64,000 nucleotides of DNA from Dehalococcoidia bacterium (GCA_050011565.1 JBEKIW010000001.1:224001-288000); one strand, 5' to 3'; shown: positions 21,090-30,298, numbered from the stretch's first letter. The notes: generated by a model not told the origin, from the letters alone. A program made the numbers and translations.

Positions 21090-21295
21090 AAGAGGGGTTT
21101 CACCCCTCTTAAACTCCCCCGCAAAAGGATAGCATGGTAAAAATCCCTCTCAATCTCCCTTTTGCTAAGGGAGAGGTTTCCCCCTCCCTCTAACTCCCTC
21201 CCGCCAGGGGAGGGAGAATAAAAGGAAACCCTTCGACAAGCTCAGGGTGAGCGGAAAAATCCCTCTCAATCTCCCTTTAGGAAAGGGAGAGGTTT
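21090..21295. repeat. Cluster of REP-like palindromes
   Basis: Two copies of AAATCCCTCTCAATCTCCCTTT..AAGGGAGAGG (third near 22623), CTTCGACAAGCTCAG unit at 21231, AGGGGTTTCACCCCTCTTAAACTCCC unit (related inverted copy near 14012). Confidence 0.75.
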
Positions 21296-21450
21296 TTGCA
21301 GTAGTTTCGGGCTGCTATATGACGAATAATTATACCACTTGTTAAGCGGTCCCATAAATAAGCCCGCACGACTGGCTTATGATATAATATTCTGCTTAAT
21401 AAGGCATCGCCTTTTCTGCAAAAATAATAAAAATACGGAGTGGAGCTTCT

Positions 21451-22563
21451 ATGATTAAATCAAGATTGTGCGACCTGGTCGGGATCAAATACCCCATTAT
21501 TCAGGCCGGAATGGGCCCCTTCAGCAACAACAATCTTTGTGTTGCTGCAGCGAATGCAGGCGTCCTGGGACTGCTTTCTACAAGCGGAGTTTTTAATAAA
21601 GATACTCAGCCATGGATTTACAAGGACTTCGTTCAAACCGCGGAGGCTAACTACGATGACGATATGGCGACAGTCCTGGAAAAGGTGCTTAAACGGACAT
21701 ACAGGCTGGTCAAAGATAAAGGCGGTATTTTCGGCATCAACGTGATGGTTTCAGCGGAAGTTCTCCCGAATTCGCAGGTCATGGTTGACACGGCCATCAG
21801 GGTCCGCGAAGAGAACCCTGATATGAAAAAGCATTTCAAAGTGATCTTTACATCCGCCGGCGACCCTCTTGGCTGGAAAGACAAGATAAAGGGAGCAGGA
21901 TTTACATGGATGCACGTCGTTCCGTCTGTTAAGGGAGCTTTGCGCTGTAAGAAAGCTGGCGTCGACGTAATAGTAGCCTCCGGCCATGAAGGCGGTTTCC
22001 ATACCTCGTGGGAACCGGTGCACTCGATGATTTTGCTTCCGGCTGTGGTGGAGACGGTGTCCGACAATGAGACTCTGGTTGCCGGCGCCGGCGGGTTCTG
22101 CGATGGCAAGACACTGGCGGCGGCACTGGTTATGGGCGCAGACGGTGTGCAGATGGGGACGCGCTTTCTGGCAACACAGGAGAGTGATTTTCATCAGATC
22201 TGGAAGGAGGGGGTTGTTGAATCAGGCGACAGGGCAACCCTTGTGGCGCGCGGCTTTGTGGGACCTGCCCGGTGGTTGAAAACACCCCGCAGCCAGGAAC
22301 ATGCCAAAAATACTCTACAAAAATCACCCGGCGTTTTCCTCGGCACTCCCGATGATTATGCGACGATCGATATGTCTTTGATTGAGTTTGAAATAGAATC
22401 AATAAAAGCCGCCTTCGAAGGAAATAAGGAAAAGGCGCTCCTGGCTGCCGGTGAAGCGGCTCAGCGGATTAAAGACATGCCAAAAGTTAATGACATGGTG
22501 CAGGAAATCGTCAGGGAAGCGGAAGCCATTCTGAGGGACATTCCGAAGAAGCTTCTGGCATAA
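21451..22563 (+). CDS. Nitronate monooxygenase / FabK-like flavoprotein
   Basis: YPIIQAGMG, SGHEGGFH, GAGGFCDG, GVQMGTRF. Confidence 0.85.
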   Translation: MIKSRLCDLVGIKYPIIQAGMGPFSNNNLCVAAANAGVLGLLSTSGVFNKDTQPWIYKDFVQTAEANYDDDMATVLEKVLKRTYRLVKDKGGIFGINVMVSAEVLPNSQVMVDTAIRVREENPDMKKHFKVIFTSAGDPLGWKDKIKGAGFTWMHVVPSVKGALRCKKAGVDVIVASGHEGGFHTSWEPVHSMILLPAVVETVSDNETLVAGAGGFCDGKTLAAALVMGADGVQMGTRFLATQESDFHQIWKEGVVESGDRATLVARGFVGPARWLKTPRSQEHAKNTLQKSPGVFLGTPDDYATIDMSLIEFEIESIKAAFEGNKEKALLAAGEAAQRIKDMPKVNDMVQEIVREAEAILRDIPKKLLA

Positions 22564-22707
22564 TCTATTCACCCACTCCCCAGCCCTCTCCCTCAAGGGA
22601 GAGGGGGACTAATGGAGATATAAAATCCCTCTCAATCTCCCTTTACGAAAGGGAGAAGTTTCATTCTTCGACAAGCTCAGAATGAGCGGTAACAAAGGCG
22701 AAAAGAA

Positions 22708-22744
22708 AGAGCCGGCACCTGTTACAGAACAAGTGCCGGCTTTA
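22708..22744. terminator. Terminator at the end of the FHA operon (likely bidirectional)
   Basis: AGCCGGCAC-n-GTGCCGGCT stem with an A-run on the left and a T-run on the right. Confidence 0.7.
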
Positions 22745-22751
22745 AATGTGG

Positions 22752-24038
22752 CTAAGTTTTGAAGGTCAGGGTAAGGATGTCGGCAAGCTCGACTTTGTCA
22801 CCTTCTCTCAATAAGTACCTGCCTTTTCCCTCGATACTGGACCTGTTCAGTTTGGTGCCGTTGGTGCTGTTGCGGTCCTCGATATAACATTCTCCATCTT
22901 CACAGTCGAATCGTATGTGCTGCCTGGAAATCAGGTCAGCTTTGTCCGGCTTCACCAGGGAGCGGAAATCACTTCTGCCCAGAGATCCGGCATTGCCGGA
23001 TAGGGATAATTGCTCACCGTTCGACAATATAAACTTCGGCCCAGGGCCCGTGTCGACGGGTGTGGTGGCCGGGGCACCATTTGCAGTCCGTGTAGCGGTA
23101 GCCAGATATCCGGCCCGTGCACCGGCATAGGCTGCGGTAGGCCTTCTAACAAAAAGGACGACGGCCGCCGCGGCGGCTACAGCCAGAAGTCCGAGCAACA
23201 TGATATACAACATCCCGGAATTGCCCGAGCCGTCGCCGCTCAACCCGCTGGTCAAGATACTACTTGTTCCCGTATTGGCGACGTTTCCACTGCCGGCTAT
23301 TGGCGTGCTGCTGGTGGTGTAGGTGGATACGTACGGAGCGACCGTCACGGTGGTGCTGGCATTCACGCTGCCATCGCTATTGGTAGCCGTAAGTGTATAG
23401 GTAGTTGTATAACCAGGACTCAGATTGTATGAGCCAGAACTTGGGACAGACCCAATCCCGGGGGATAAAGTGACCGTAGTTGCATCGTTCACCGTCCACG
23501 TCAGCACAATTCCCTGCCCACTCTGAATGTAAGATGGGTTAGCGGTAAACGAGTTGATTACCGGCGGACAGTCAATTTGCGGTTGAGGCTGCCGTTGAGG
23601 CTGCTGAACTACTACCACGTTCGAACATACGTAATAGGACCACCTATAGTTACAAGGCCAGGAACATTCCGGACAACAGCGAAAGTATTGATTAGGCCAC
23701 GGGGAGCTCCACCTATAGGGTGGTGGTGGTGTAGGTGGGGCAGGCGGCGGCGGAGGAGGAGGAGGAGGAGGTGGTGGTGGAGGTGGTGGAGGTGGTGGAG
23801 GTGGCGGTGGTGGCGGTGCCGATGGTGCAGGTGGTGGAGGAGCAGAAGAGGTAGAGGTGGCGGTGGCAGTAGCAGTAGCAGTGGCAGTGGCGGAGGAATC
23901 GGTGGTGGTGACCGTAGCGGTGGCCGTAGCGGTGGCCGTAGCGGTATCTTCGGCAGATACCGGTGTGGCCTGGAATACTGGCGCAGAGCATAGTAATAAT
24001 GCTGCTGCAAGGACTAGGATTGCTTTTTTGAAGTTCAT
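22752..24038 (-). CDS. Single-pass membrane FHA protein A (signal peptide, Thr/Ala repeat, poly-Pro, Cys-rich, Ig-like, TM, FHA)
   Basis: C-terminal LGRSDF...ISRQH...EDRNSTNGT FHA motifs after a TM segment ending RRP. Confidence 0.85.
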   Translation of the reverse strand: MNFKKAILVLAAALLLCSAPVFQATPVSAEDTATATATATATVTTTDSSATATATATATATSTSSAPPPPAPSAPPPPPPPPPPPPPPPPPPPPPPPPPAPPTPPPPYRWSSPWPNQYFRCCPECSWPCNYRWSYYVCSNVVVVQQPQRQPQPQIDCPPVINSFTANPSYIQSGQGIVLTWTVNDATTVTLSPGIGSVPSSGSYNLSPGYTTTYTLTATNSDGSVNASTTVTVAPYVSTYTTSSTPIAGSGNVANTGTSSILTSGLSGDGSGNSGMLYIMLLGLLAVAAAAAVVLFVRRPTAAYAGARAGYLATATRTANGAPATTPVDTGPGPKFILSNGEQLSLSGNAGSLGRSDFRSLVKPDKADLISRQHIRFDCEDGECYIEDRNSTNGTKLNRSSIEGKGRYLLREGDKVELADILTLTFKT

Positions 24039-24141
24039 TGTACCTCCTTATTTATTTTTTATTTTTTAAACTTCAATAACAGAACAGAGCAAACCAAAAA
24101 TGCTGTTGTCAGGATGAAAATTGTCTTTCTGAAATTCATGG

Positions 24142-25716
24142 TCACTCCTTATTTATATTTTGTTTCTGGAAATTGATGCTAAGTTTGCCGGCAAGCTCAA
24201 TTACATCGCCGTCAGCCAGCGCATGCCGGCCGGTCCCCTTGATATCCGTACCGTTGACCCTGGTGCCGTTGGTGCTGCTGCGGTCCTCGATGTAGTACTG
24301 GTCGTTTTCGGACCATATGTTGATGTGCTGCCTGGATATGTAAGAGACCTGTGCACTGGGCATGAAATCCTCAAAGTCACGCCTGCCGAACGACCTGGTA
24401 TTACCTGCCAGCAGTATATCGTTCCCGCCCGCCAGGGAGAGTTTAGCCGCGGCGGCCTCTACCACAGGCGTGGTGACTGGCTGTGTATCCGAGGTATTTG
24501 TGTCTTCAGTCTGAGTGGCGTGTCCTGCTTGTGTGTCTGCCGCCTGTACCCTGCGGGCTTTAGCAGGTCTCCTGATAAGCAAAATGGCTATGACTATGAC
24601 CGTTATGGCCAGCAAGGCTATAAGGCCCCAGAGCAAATAGGGCGGCTGCTCTACATTGACCGTTACCGATGTTGACTGCGAAGTACCGTCAATATAGGCA
24701 GCGGTCAGGGTGTACGTAGTCGTATTATCCGGCGATACCTGCGTGGTGCCGCTGATGTCGGCGCTGCCGACGCCGGTGATTAGTACCCGGATTGCCCCGG
24801 GGGCATTCCAGTAGAGGGACGTCGACTGCCCCCTCTGTATGGTGGACTGGCTCATATTAATGGTGGGCGACACCCTGGGCCTGACCGTTATGGTTGCAGT
24901 CGATGAAACAGAGCTGCCCGATTTGCCGTTGGCCGCCAGAGTATAGGTGGTGGTGGCGGTTGGACTCACCGTAGTAGAGCCGGAAGCGGCGACCGTTCCA
25001 ACTCCGGGTGATATGCTCACGCTGGCAGCGTTAGTGGTCGTCCAGGTGAGTATAGCTGTCTCACCGGCTTCGATAGAAGATTTGTTGGCGCTGAATGAGC
25101 TAATCGATGGGGGATTATAAACCGGCGCCGGCGTAAAGTCGGGTATGTCCGGTGGATAATAACTCCGGATGTAATTGAAGTTCAATAAACGCGTCGACCA
25201 TGAATACCCGGAAAGGAACCACATCCTCCAGGTGTACCCTCCGGCAGGGTCAAACGACTGGGCGGCAAAAGGACCTATTCTCCAGACGCCGGCGTACGGG
25301 CGATACCATCTGTAACACAGCCAGTGTCCGTAGGGCGAAGTGCCGTAAGGGTAGTATTCCCATAGATAGAAATAGCCCGGCCCGTTGAAGGAAACGACCA
25401 GATAGATTGCCTCGTTTCCATATAGGTTGCTCAGTGTCTGACCGTAGCTGTTGACGAGGTAGGCATTTACCATTGAGCTCGGGATACCGGGTTCCAGGGA
25501 CAGCGGCGCCATTTGCAGGCTCGGCGAGGTCTGGCTGTATGTTTCCGCTGGCACCGGTGGCTCTATAGACTCTCCTCCTTCATCGGGAGGTTGCCATGAT
25601 TCATCAGGGCTTAATGGCGGAACCGGGTTGTCGTCTGCCCGGACGGGTGAGATTTCAGTAATGGCGACTGAGAAAGCCAGGGTGGTGACCAGCAAAGCTA
25701 TCAAGATTTTTTTCAT
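24142..25716 (-). CDS. Single-pass membrane FHA protein B (signal peptide, unknown beta domain, 2 Ig-like repeats, TM, FHA)
   Basis: MKKILIALL signal peptide; FGRRDF...ISRQH...EDRSSTNGT. Confidence 0.85.
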   Translation of the reverse strand: MKKILIALLVTTLAFSVAITEISPVRADDNPVPPLSPDESWQPPDEGGESIEPPVPAETYSQTSPSLQMAPLSLEPGIPSSMVNAYLVNSYGQTLSNLYGNEAIYLVVSFNGPGYFYLWEYYPYGTSPYGHWLCYRWYRPYAGVWRIGPFAAQSFDPAGGYTWRMWFLSGYSWSTRLLNFNYIRSYYPPDIPDFTPAPVYNPPSISSFSANKSSIEAGETAILTWTTTNAASVSISPGVGTVAASGSTTVSPTATTTYTLAANGKSGSSVSSTATITVRPRVSPTINMSQSTIQRGQSTSLYWNAPGAIRVLITGVGSADISGTTQVSPDNTTTYTLTAAYIDGTSQSTSVTVNVEQPPYLLWGLIALLAITVIVIAILLIRRPAKARRVQAADTQAGHATQTEDTNTSDTQPVTTPVVEAAAAKLSLAGGNDILLAGNTRSFGRRDFEDFMPSAQVSYISRQHINIWSENDQYYIEDRSSTNGTRVNGTDIKGTGRHALADGDVIELAGKLSINFQKQNINKE

Positions 25717-25760
25717 GTGTGACATTAAACTCCCGAATACCATATGTTCTATTAAGATTA

Positions 25761-25826
25761 ACTATACGTCTGGCGGGAGCAGGCTGCTTGACTCTGGGCT
25801 GACAGGTCACTGACAGTTACCTGACA
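25761..25826 (-). promoter_or_regulatory. Promoter with 4 direct repeats at 11-bp period
   Basis: (T/C)TGAC(T/A) at 25788, 25799, 25810 and 25821; TATAGT -10 on the minus strand at 25766-25761. Confidence 0.7.
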
Positions 25827-25887
25827 AAATAGAAGACGCAGATAAATTATTATTGAGGGGTTAATCTGTGATGGGTTTTCCCAGGGG

Positions 25888-26970
25888 TCAAAGGAGGTGA
25901 AACTTTAGATGTACCGCACCGGCCGGTTCTATAATGTCATCGTCATCCAGGCTGACCGGTCCCTGGCCGCTGATGTCCTTGCCGTTTAGATGGGTGCCGT
26001 TGGCGCTGCCCAGGTCCTCGACGTAGAACTGCTCGTCGTCCAATTTAATCTGGAAATGTCGTCTGGAGATGAGCCCCAGGTCATCCAGGCTTAGCGCTCT
26101 GGCGAGGTCACCCCGGCCTATCACTCTGCTCTTGCCGGAAAGCTGAATATCGATGCCATTGGGTAAGGTTATTTTTGCCCTGGCGGCTGATGGTAAGGCT
26201 GCAGATAGGTCTTTAGTCTTTGCCCCACCTGACGAGGATACACTATCCTGACTTCTCCTTCGCCTGATATAAATCGGCAGCAGAGCCAGACCGACCACTA
26301 CGACCAGCAGGCAGGCGCCGAGAACCGGCCGGGTGATAAGTCCAAAGACTGTAGCGGGGAAGCTAGCTTCTTTGGCAGGGGCTTCGGGTGATGGTGGCGG
26401 TACCGGCTCAGCAGGTTTGCCTTTCGAATACGTCCAGTAAACAAGATTATTCTGTGGAGTATCCGGGTTTCCAGCAGCCCATTGGCCGTCGCTGTAGAAC
26501 CGAATCCGGTAAATATGTTGTCCCTCCGGTTCGTTATTCGTGGGTGTAAAGGGGCCAAGCCGCCACAGGCCGCTTTCCAGCAATTGCCATTTGTAGGCTA
26601 GCCACTGTCCCTGAAAATCACCGCCAGCCGGAAAGGATTCATATATATAAATCCACCCGGGCATGTTTATGTCCACGTCCAGGTACCAGTTTTCATTTGC
26701 AGTGACCGTGAATTCTTCCTGTCCTGAGGCAGCGATGAAACCAGCTATAAAGTTAGGAGTCGTATTTTCAGACTGAGACGTAGGTTCCACCAGGACATAT
26801 TCGACCGGCGGCTTGATTTCAACCTGAGACTGGTCGCCGGCGGGGACATTCGGTATAGTCGTATTATCAGTTGGCGCTCCCAGCGCCCCGACATATGCCG
26901 TCTGGAGGCTCAGCGCTGAAAAAACGCCGAAAATCAAAGTAAAAGTAAGCAACAGTAACGCTTTTCTCAT
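25888..26970 (-). CDS. Single-pass membrane FHA protein C (signal peptide, unknown beta domain, TM, FHA)
   Basis: IGRGDL...ISRRHF...EDLGSANGT; TM followed by RRRR. Confidence 0.85.
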   Translation of the reverse strand: MRKALLLLTFTLIFGVFSALSLQTAYVGALGAPTDNTTIPNVPAGDQSQVEIKPPVEYVLVEPTSQSENTTPNFIAGFIAASGQEEFTVTANENWYLDVDINMPGWIYIYESFPAGGDFQGQWLAYKWQLLESGLWRLGPFTPTNNEPEGQHIYRIRFYSDGQWAAGNPDTPQNNLVYWTYSKGKPAEPVPPPSPEAPAKEASFPATVFGLITRPVLGACLLVVVVGLALLPIYIRRRRSQDSVSSSGGAKTKDLSAALPSAARAKITLPNGIDIQLSGKSRVIGRGDLARALSLDDLGLISRRHFQIKLDDEQFYVEDLGSANGTHLNGKDISGQGPVSLDDDDIIEPAGAVHLKFHLL

Positions 26971-27992
26971 TTCCGTGACTTGACCTCGACAGACTTTACC
27001 GGATAGCCGTCCGCTGACGATAAAGCGGCACGAAAAGCTTGTGCGTCAGCAAACCTGTGGTCGGCGGAGAACAGTATGCCCTGTGCCAGGCATTTTGCCG
27101 TGCGCTTGGATATGCCGCAGGAAATAAGGTAATCGGCAACAGCAGTGGCTTCAGCGTAAGAACGCGGCCAGTTGGACTTGAACAAGTCCAGGCAAATCTC
27201 GTTCGGCTGCTTGAGTGTGAGGAGATATATACAGGTCTGTGCCAGGCCGAAGAGGTCGCAGCGCTGGTCGCAGTCCCCGCCAATGAACAATTCGGGAATA
27301 TCGAAACCCTTGTTTGTTATCTTGGTGAACGGGTCATGGCCTGCCTTATCTTTGCCTGAACCATTCAAGTTTTTCGCCGTGCCGAAATCGATAAGCTTGA
27401 CCGTGCCGTCGCTGCTCAACATGATGTTCTTTGGGTTAATATCCCTGTGAATTACGCCAGCTTTGTGAATATAGGAAAGAGCATCCAGCAGCTGGCAAGC
27501 CCAGGCGACGACCTGTGGCTCCTGAAAAGGAGTTCTCGGCGATGATGCCATTAGGGTCTCTCCATTCACGTACTCAACGACCAGGTGAAATTCGCCCTTA
27601 TAGTAGAAATTGTCGACGTATTTAACGATGCCGGTATGTTTCAGCCGCTTCAGGTAGCTGGCTTCCAGCATCAGCTTGTCCAGGTACACGTTATCCATCG
27701 TCGTGCCCCGGCGCGGTGTCTTGATAATGCACGCCCTGCCTGTTCTGCGCTCCCGGGCGAACCATATAGTCGCCATGCCACCCTGTTTATGAGGCGGTGC
27801 CATCAGTTCATAGCGACTGTTAACGACGTATATGTTATTACCCGCCTGGGCAGGTATCTGTGTCTTCCCGTGGTTTGAACGTGAGCTGTGGCTCTTACGC
27901 TTACGAAGGGCAATCAATATAGCCACGGCTACTATCAGAACCGTATAGACCAGGACCATTAACAAAACGATATCATCTGTAGGCCACATCAT
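26967..27992 (-). CDS. Hanks-type protein kinase with N-terminal TM anchor
   Basis: QGGMATIW, CIIKT, alphaC Glu, IHRDINPKN, IDFG; 4-bp overlaps with both neighbours. Confidence 0.9.
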   Translation of the reverse strand: MMWPTDDIVLLMVLVYTVLIVAVAILIALRKRKSHSSRSNHGKTQIPAQAGNNIYVVNSRYELMAPPHKQGGMATIWFARERRTGRACIIKTPRRGTTMDNVYLDKLMLEASYLKRLKHTGIVKYVDNFYYKGEFHLVVEYVNGETLMASSPRTPFQEPQVVAWACQLLDALSYIHKAGVIHRDINPKNIMLSSDGTVKLIDFGTAKNLNGSGKDKAGHDPFTKITNKGFDIPELFIGGDCDQRCDLFGLAQTCIYLLTLKQPNEICLDLFKSNWPRSYAEATAVADYLISCGISKRTAKCLAQGILFSADHRFADAQAFRAALSSADGYPVKSVEVKSRK

Positions 27993-28807
27993 ATTCTCCT
28001 GATGCTGGTCTGGGCTGTAATCATAGCCTGCCAGGATGGAAGGTTGTCGGGTTTCACCACTATTATCGATATATTATCCGGTCCGCCCGCCAGGTTAGCC
28101 TGAGCCGTCAGGTCAATGCAGGCCTGGTTGGGATTGGGAGAACCGGTAACGGTCTCCGATATCTCAGGTGAAGGCAACACGCCGCACAGACCGTCGGAAC
28201 AGAGGAGGATATTGTCACCGGCGTATAGTTTTACATGAAACAGGTCCGGGACAACGGTCCGGGCATAACCAAGTACGCGCGTTATCTCGTTCTTGCGCGG
28301 GTGGTTCCAGGCTTGTTCCGGTGTGATAGTTCCTGCATCCACGAGCTGTTGGACTACAGAATGGTCTTTGGTGATCTGGATGGTCTCCCGTCCGTTGATT
28401 ACATAGCACCTGGAATCGCCTATATGGGCGACATATAGGTCCTCACCTACAACAAGTGCAGCGGTCAGGGTAGTACCCATGCCTTTCAACTCACCCTCGG
28501 CGGCAGAATCCAGAACCTTGCGGTTAGCCTTCTTGAAGGCAGCAGCCAAAATAGACAGGGGTGGAGTCGGGGACTGGGCGAGAAGACCGGAAATACACTC
28601 TGCATGGAGGGTCCTGGTGGCGAGGTCGCTGGCAATTTCACCGGCACTGTGCCCGCCCATACCGTCTGCCACGGCAAAGAGGCCAGCGGAGATTGTTCCC
28701 AGGTGGGTCCTGAGATCGAAGCTGGTGCATAAAACGCTATCTTCGTTGAGGTCTCTTAGCAGACCTGTGTCCCAGCTATAACCTATTTCCAATCGGTCCT
28801 CCGGCAT
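27989..28807 (-). CDS. PP2C-family Ser/Thr phosphatase
   Basis: RDLNED, VADGMGGH, MGTT, HIGDSR, LCSDG, GGPDNIS. Confidence 0.95.
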   Translation of the reverse strand: MPEDRLEIGYSWDTGLLRDLNEDSVLCTSFDLRTHLGTISAGLFAVADGMGGHSAGEIASDLATRTLHAECISGLLAQSPTPPLSILAAAFKKANRKVLDSAAEGELKGMGTTLTAALVVGEDLYVAHIGDSRCYVINGRETIQITKDHSVVQQLVDAGTITPEQAWNHPRKNEITRVLGYARTVVPDLFHVKLYAGDNILLCSDGLCGVLPSPEISETVTGSPNPNQACIDLTAQANLAGGPDNISIIVVKPDNLPSWQAMITAQTSIRRI

Positions 28808-28814
28808 TTCTGCT

Positions 28815-29411
28815 TCATTTCGACTCTTTCAGCAATTTGAAAGTCAGTGTAAGTTCCGGCTGACCGGCCAGTTCAATCTTATCGCCGTCTTGGAGAGCCT
28901 TCTTTCTTTTGTCATAGATATCAATTCCGTTAAGCCTGGTATGGTTGGTGCTGCCCTTACCGTCGCGTCCGTAGTCCTTCAAGTAGTATTTGCCTCTATC
29001 ACAGGTAATCAAAATATGCTGCCTGGAAACTCTCATCAGCAACTCTGGTGATAATGTGCCGTTAAAATCGCCGCGCTCTATGAACACAGGCTCACCGGTG
29101 AGGGTGATTTCACCACCGCCCGGCATCATCACCTTAGCTTTCGGCGCCGAAGACCGCAGTGCGCCCCGTTTCTGCCTGACTGGCCGCTTGCTTATTTTTG
29201 TTTCCTCTACATCGGCGAAATATTTACCGCAGGTGTAACAGAAAAAACTGGCGGCATTGTTTGTGCTCCGGCACCTGGGGCAGATGATTTTGCGTTCAGG
29301 CCCGTCCGGCGCTATGGCGGCAAGAGGCAGCCCGCATTTGCGACAGACTTTTTCGTGCGGCTCATTCTTTGTATGGCATGCCCGACAAAGCACTTTGGCT
29401 CGTTTAGTCAT
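28815..29411 (-). CDS. Double zinc-ribbon + FHA protein
   Basis: CRAC..CRKC and CPRC..CYTC pairs, then VSRQH...STNHT FHA; start set at MTKR (29411) because the longer ORF overlaps the opposite-strand gene and the promoter. Confidence 0.8.
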   Translation of the reverse strand: MTKRAKVLCRACHTKNEPHEKVCRKCGLPLAAIAPDGPERKIICPRCRSTNNAASFFCYTCGKYFADVEETKISKRPVRQKRGALRSSAPKAKVMMPGGGEITLTGEPVFIERGDFNGTLSPELLMRVSRQHILITCDRGKYYLKDYGRDGKGSTNHTRLNGIDIYDKRKKALQDGDKIELAGQPELTLTFKLLKESK

Positions 29412-29439
29412 TATTTTAGCAGTCCGTGGTTTTAACATC

Positions 29440-29505
29440 AGTGTAATTGATTGATGAGGACTTTGCTTGACAGCTTTCTGACAAATACCTAATATAAATC
29501 TGATA
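29440..29505 (-). promoter_or_regulatory. Divergent promoter with 4 direct repeats at 11-bp period
   Basis: TTGACA 29467, CTGACA 29478, CTAATA 29489, CTGATA 29500; minus-strand TACACT -10 at 29445-29440. Confidence 0.7.
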
Positions 29506-29586
29506 TACTCATGGTTACGGGACGATTGTGACGTACGTATTATACTACAGGGAGCGAATACGGGCCCAAACGAATGGAGGTAAGGC

Positions 29587-30270
29587 GTGGCTTCTCTAAT
29601 TGTGAAGAGGGGTAATGCGGAGGATGTCGGTAAAATCTTCACTTTGAACGACTCGTCTACCGTGGTGGGCCGCCTGACTTCGCAGAATAAACCTGATATA
29701 GAATTGGGCGCCGATGTTATTTCCAGACGGCACCTGGAAATCCTGCTGCAGGATGGCAGGTACTGGCTGAAAGACCTGGGCAGCACCAACGGCACCATGC
29801 TAAATGATGACAGGATAATTCCTGGCAATCTATACGAACTCAAGCATAACAGCAAGATCGGGCTTGGGGTGGAAGGAACTTCAGCGCAAACAGTTCTGCA
29901 GTTTAAGGAATCCGAAGATACTAACATAATGCACGGGAAAGAACCCCCGGCTGGAAAGCACGGCACGTTCCCTGCAGTGGCATGGCTGAAAATCGACGAG
30001 GGGAAAAAGGAAGCTGTGGTAGACGGCAAACAGCAGAAGCTATCCAAAAAGGAGTATGAGCTGATACGGTTGCTCTATAGAAATGCCGGAAATATATGCT
30101 CGCGTGACGAGATAATTGAAGCCGTATGGCCCGAAAGCCAGGACCCTTCGGCTATATCCGATGCCACCATCGACCAGCTAATTCACCGGCTGCGTGAAAA
30201 AGTGGAACCCGAACCTGCCAGCCCCTCGCGTATCATCAGCAAAAAAGCATTCGGTTATATGCTGGTGTAA
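29587..30270 (+). CDS. FHA + OmpR/PhoB-type winged-helix transcriptional regulator
   Basis: VGR...ISRRH...DLGSTNGT FHA; LSKKEYELI...SRDEIIEAVW...IHRLREKVE...GY (Trans_reg_C-like). Confidence 0.9.
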   Translation: MASLIVKRGNAEDVGKIFTLNDSSTVVGRLTSQNKPDIELGADVISRRHLEILLQDGRYWLKDLGSTNGTMLNDDRIIPGNLYELKHNSKIGLGVEGTSAQTVLQFKESEDTNIMHGKEPPAGKHGTFPAVAWLKIDEGKKEAVVDGKQQKLSKKEYELIRLLYRNAGNICSRDEIIEAVWPESQDPSAISDATIDQLIHRLREKVEPEPASPSRIISKKAFGYMLV

Positions 30271-30298
30271 ACAGGTTTTTTGAACGTGCGCGGCTTAG

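Noticed and set aside
23577-24069. Alternative-frame ORFs rich in Arg/Trp, His/Leu or Val/Ala
   Set aside because: By-products of the triplet repeats in the poly-Pro/TA gene
24039-24141. A third 11-bp repeat array upstream of FHA protein A
   Set aside because: TGTC-like words are 15 bp apart and in the opposite orientation; the gene is probably co-transcribed with B
29412-30047. N-terminal extension of the 410-aa ORF
   Set aside because: Antisense shadow of the FHA-wHTH gene; it crosses the promoter repeats, and recognisable domains start at MTKR
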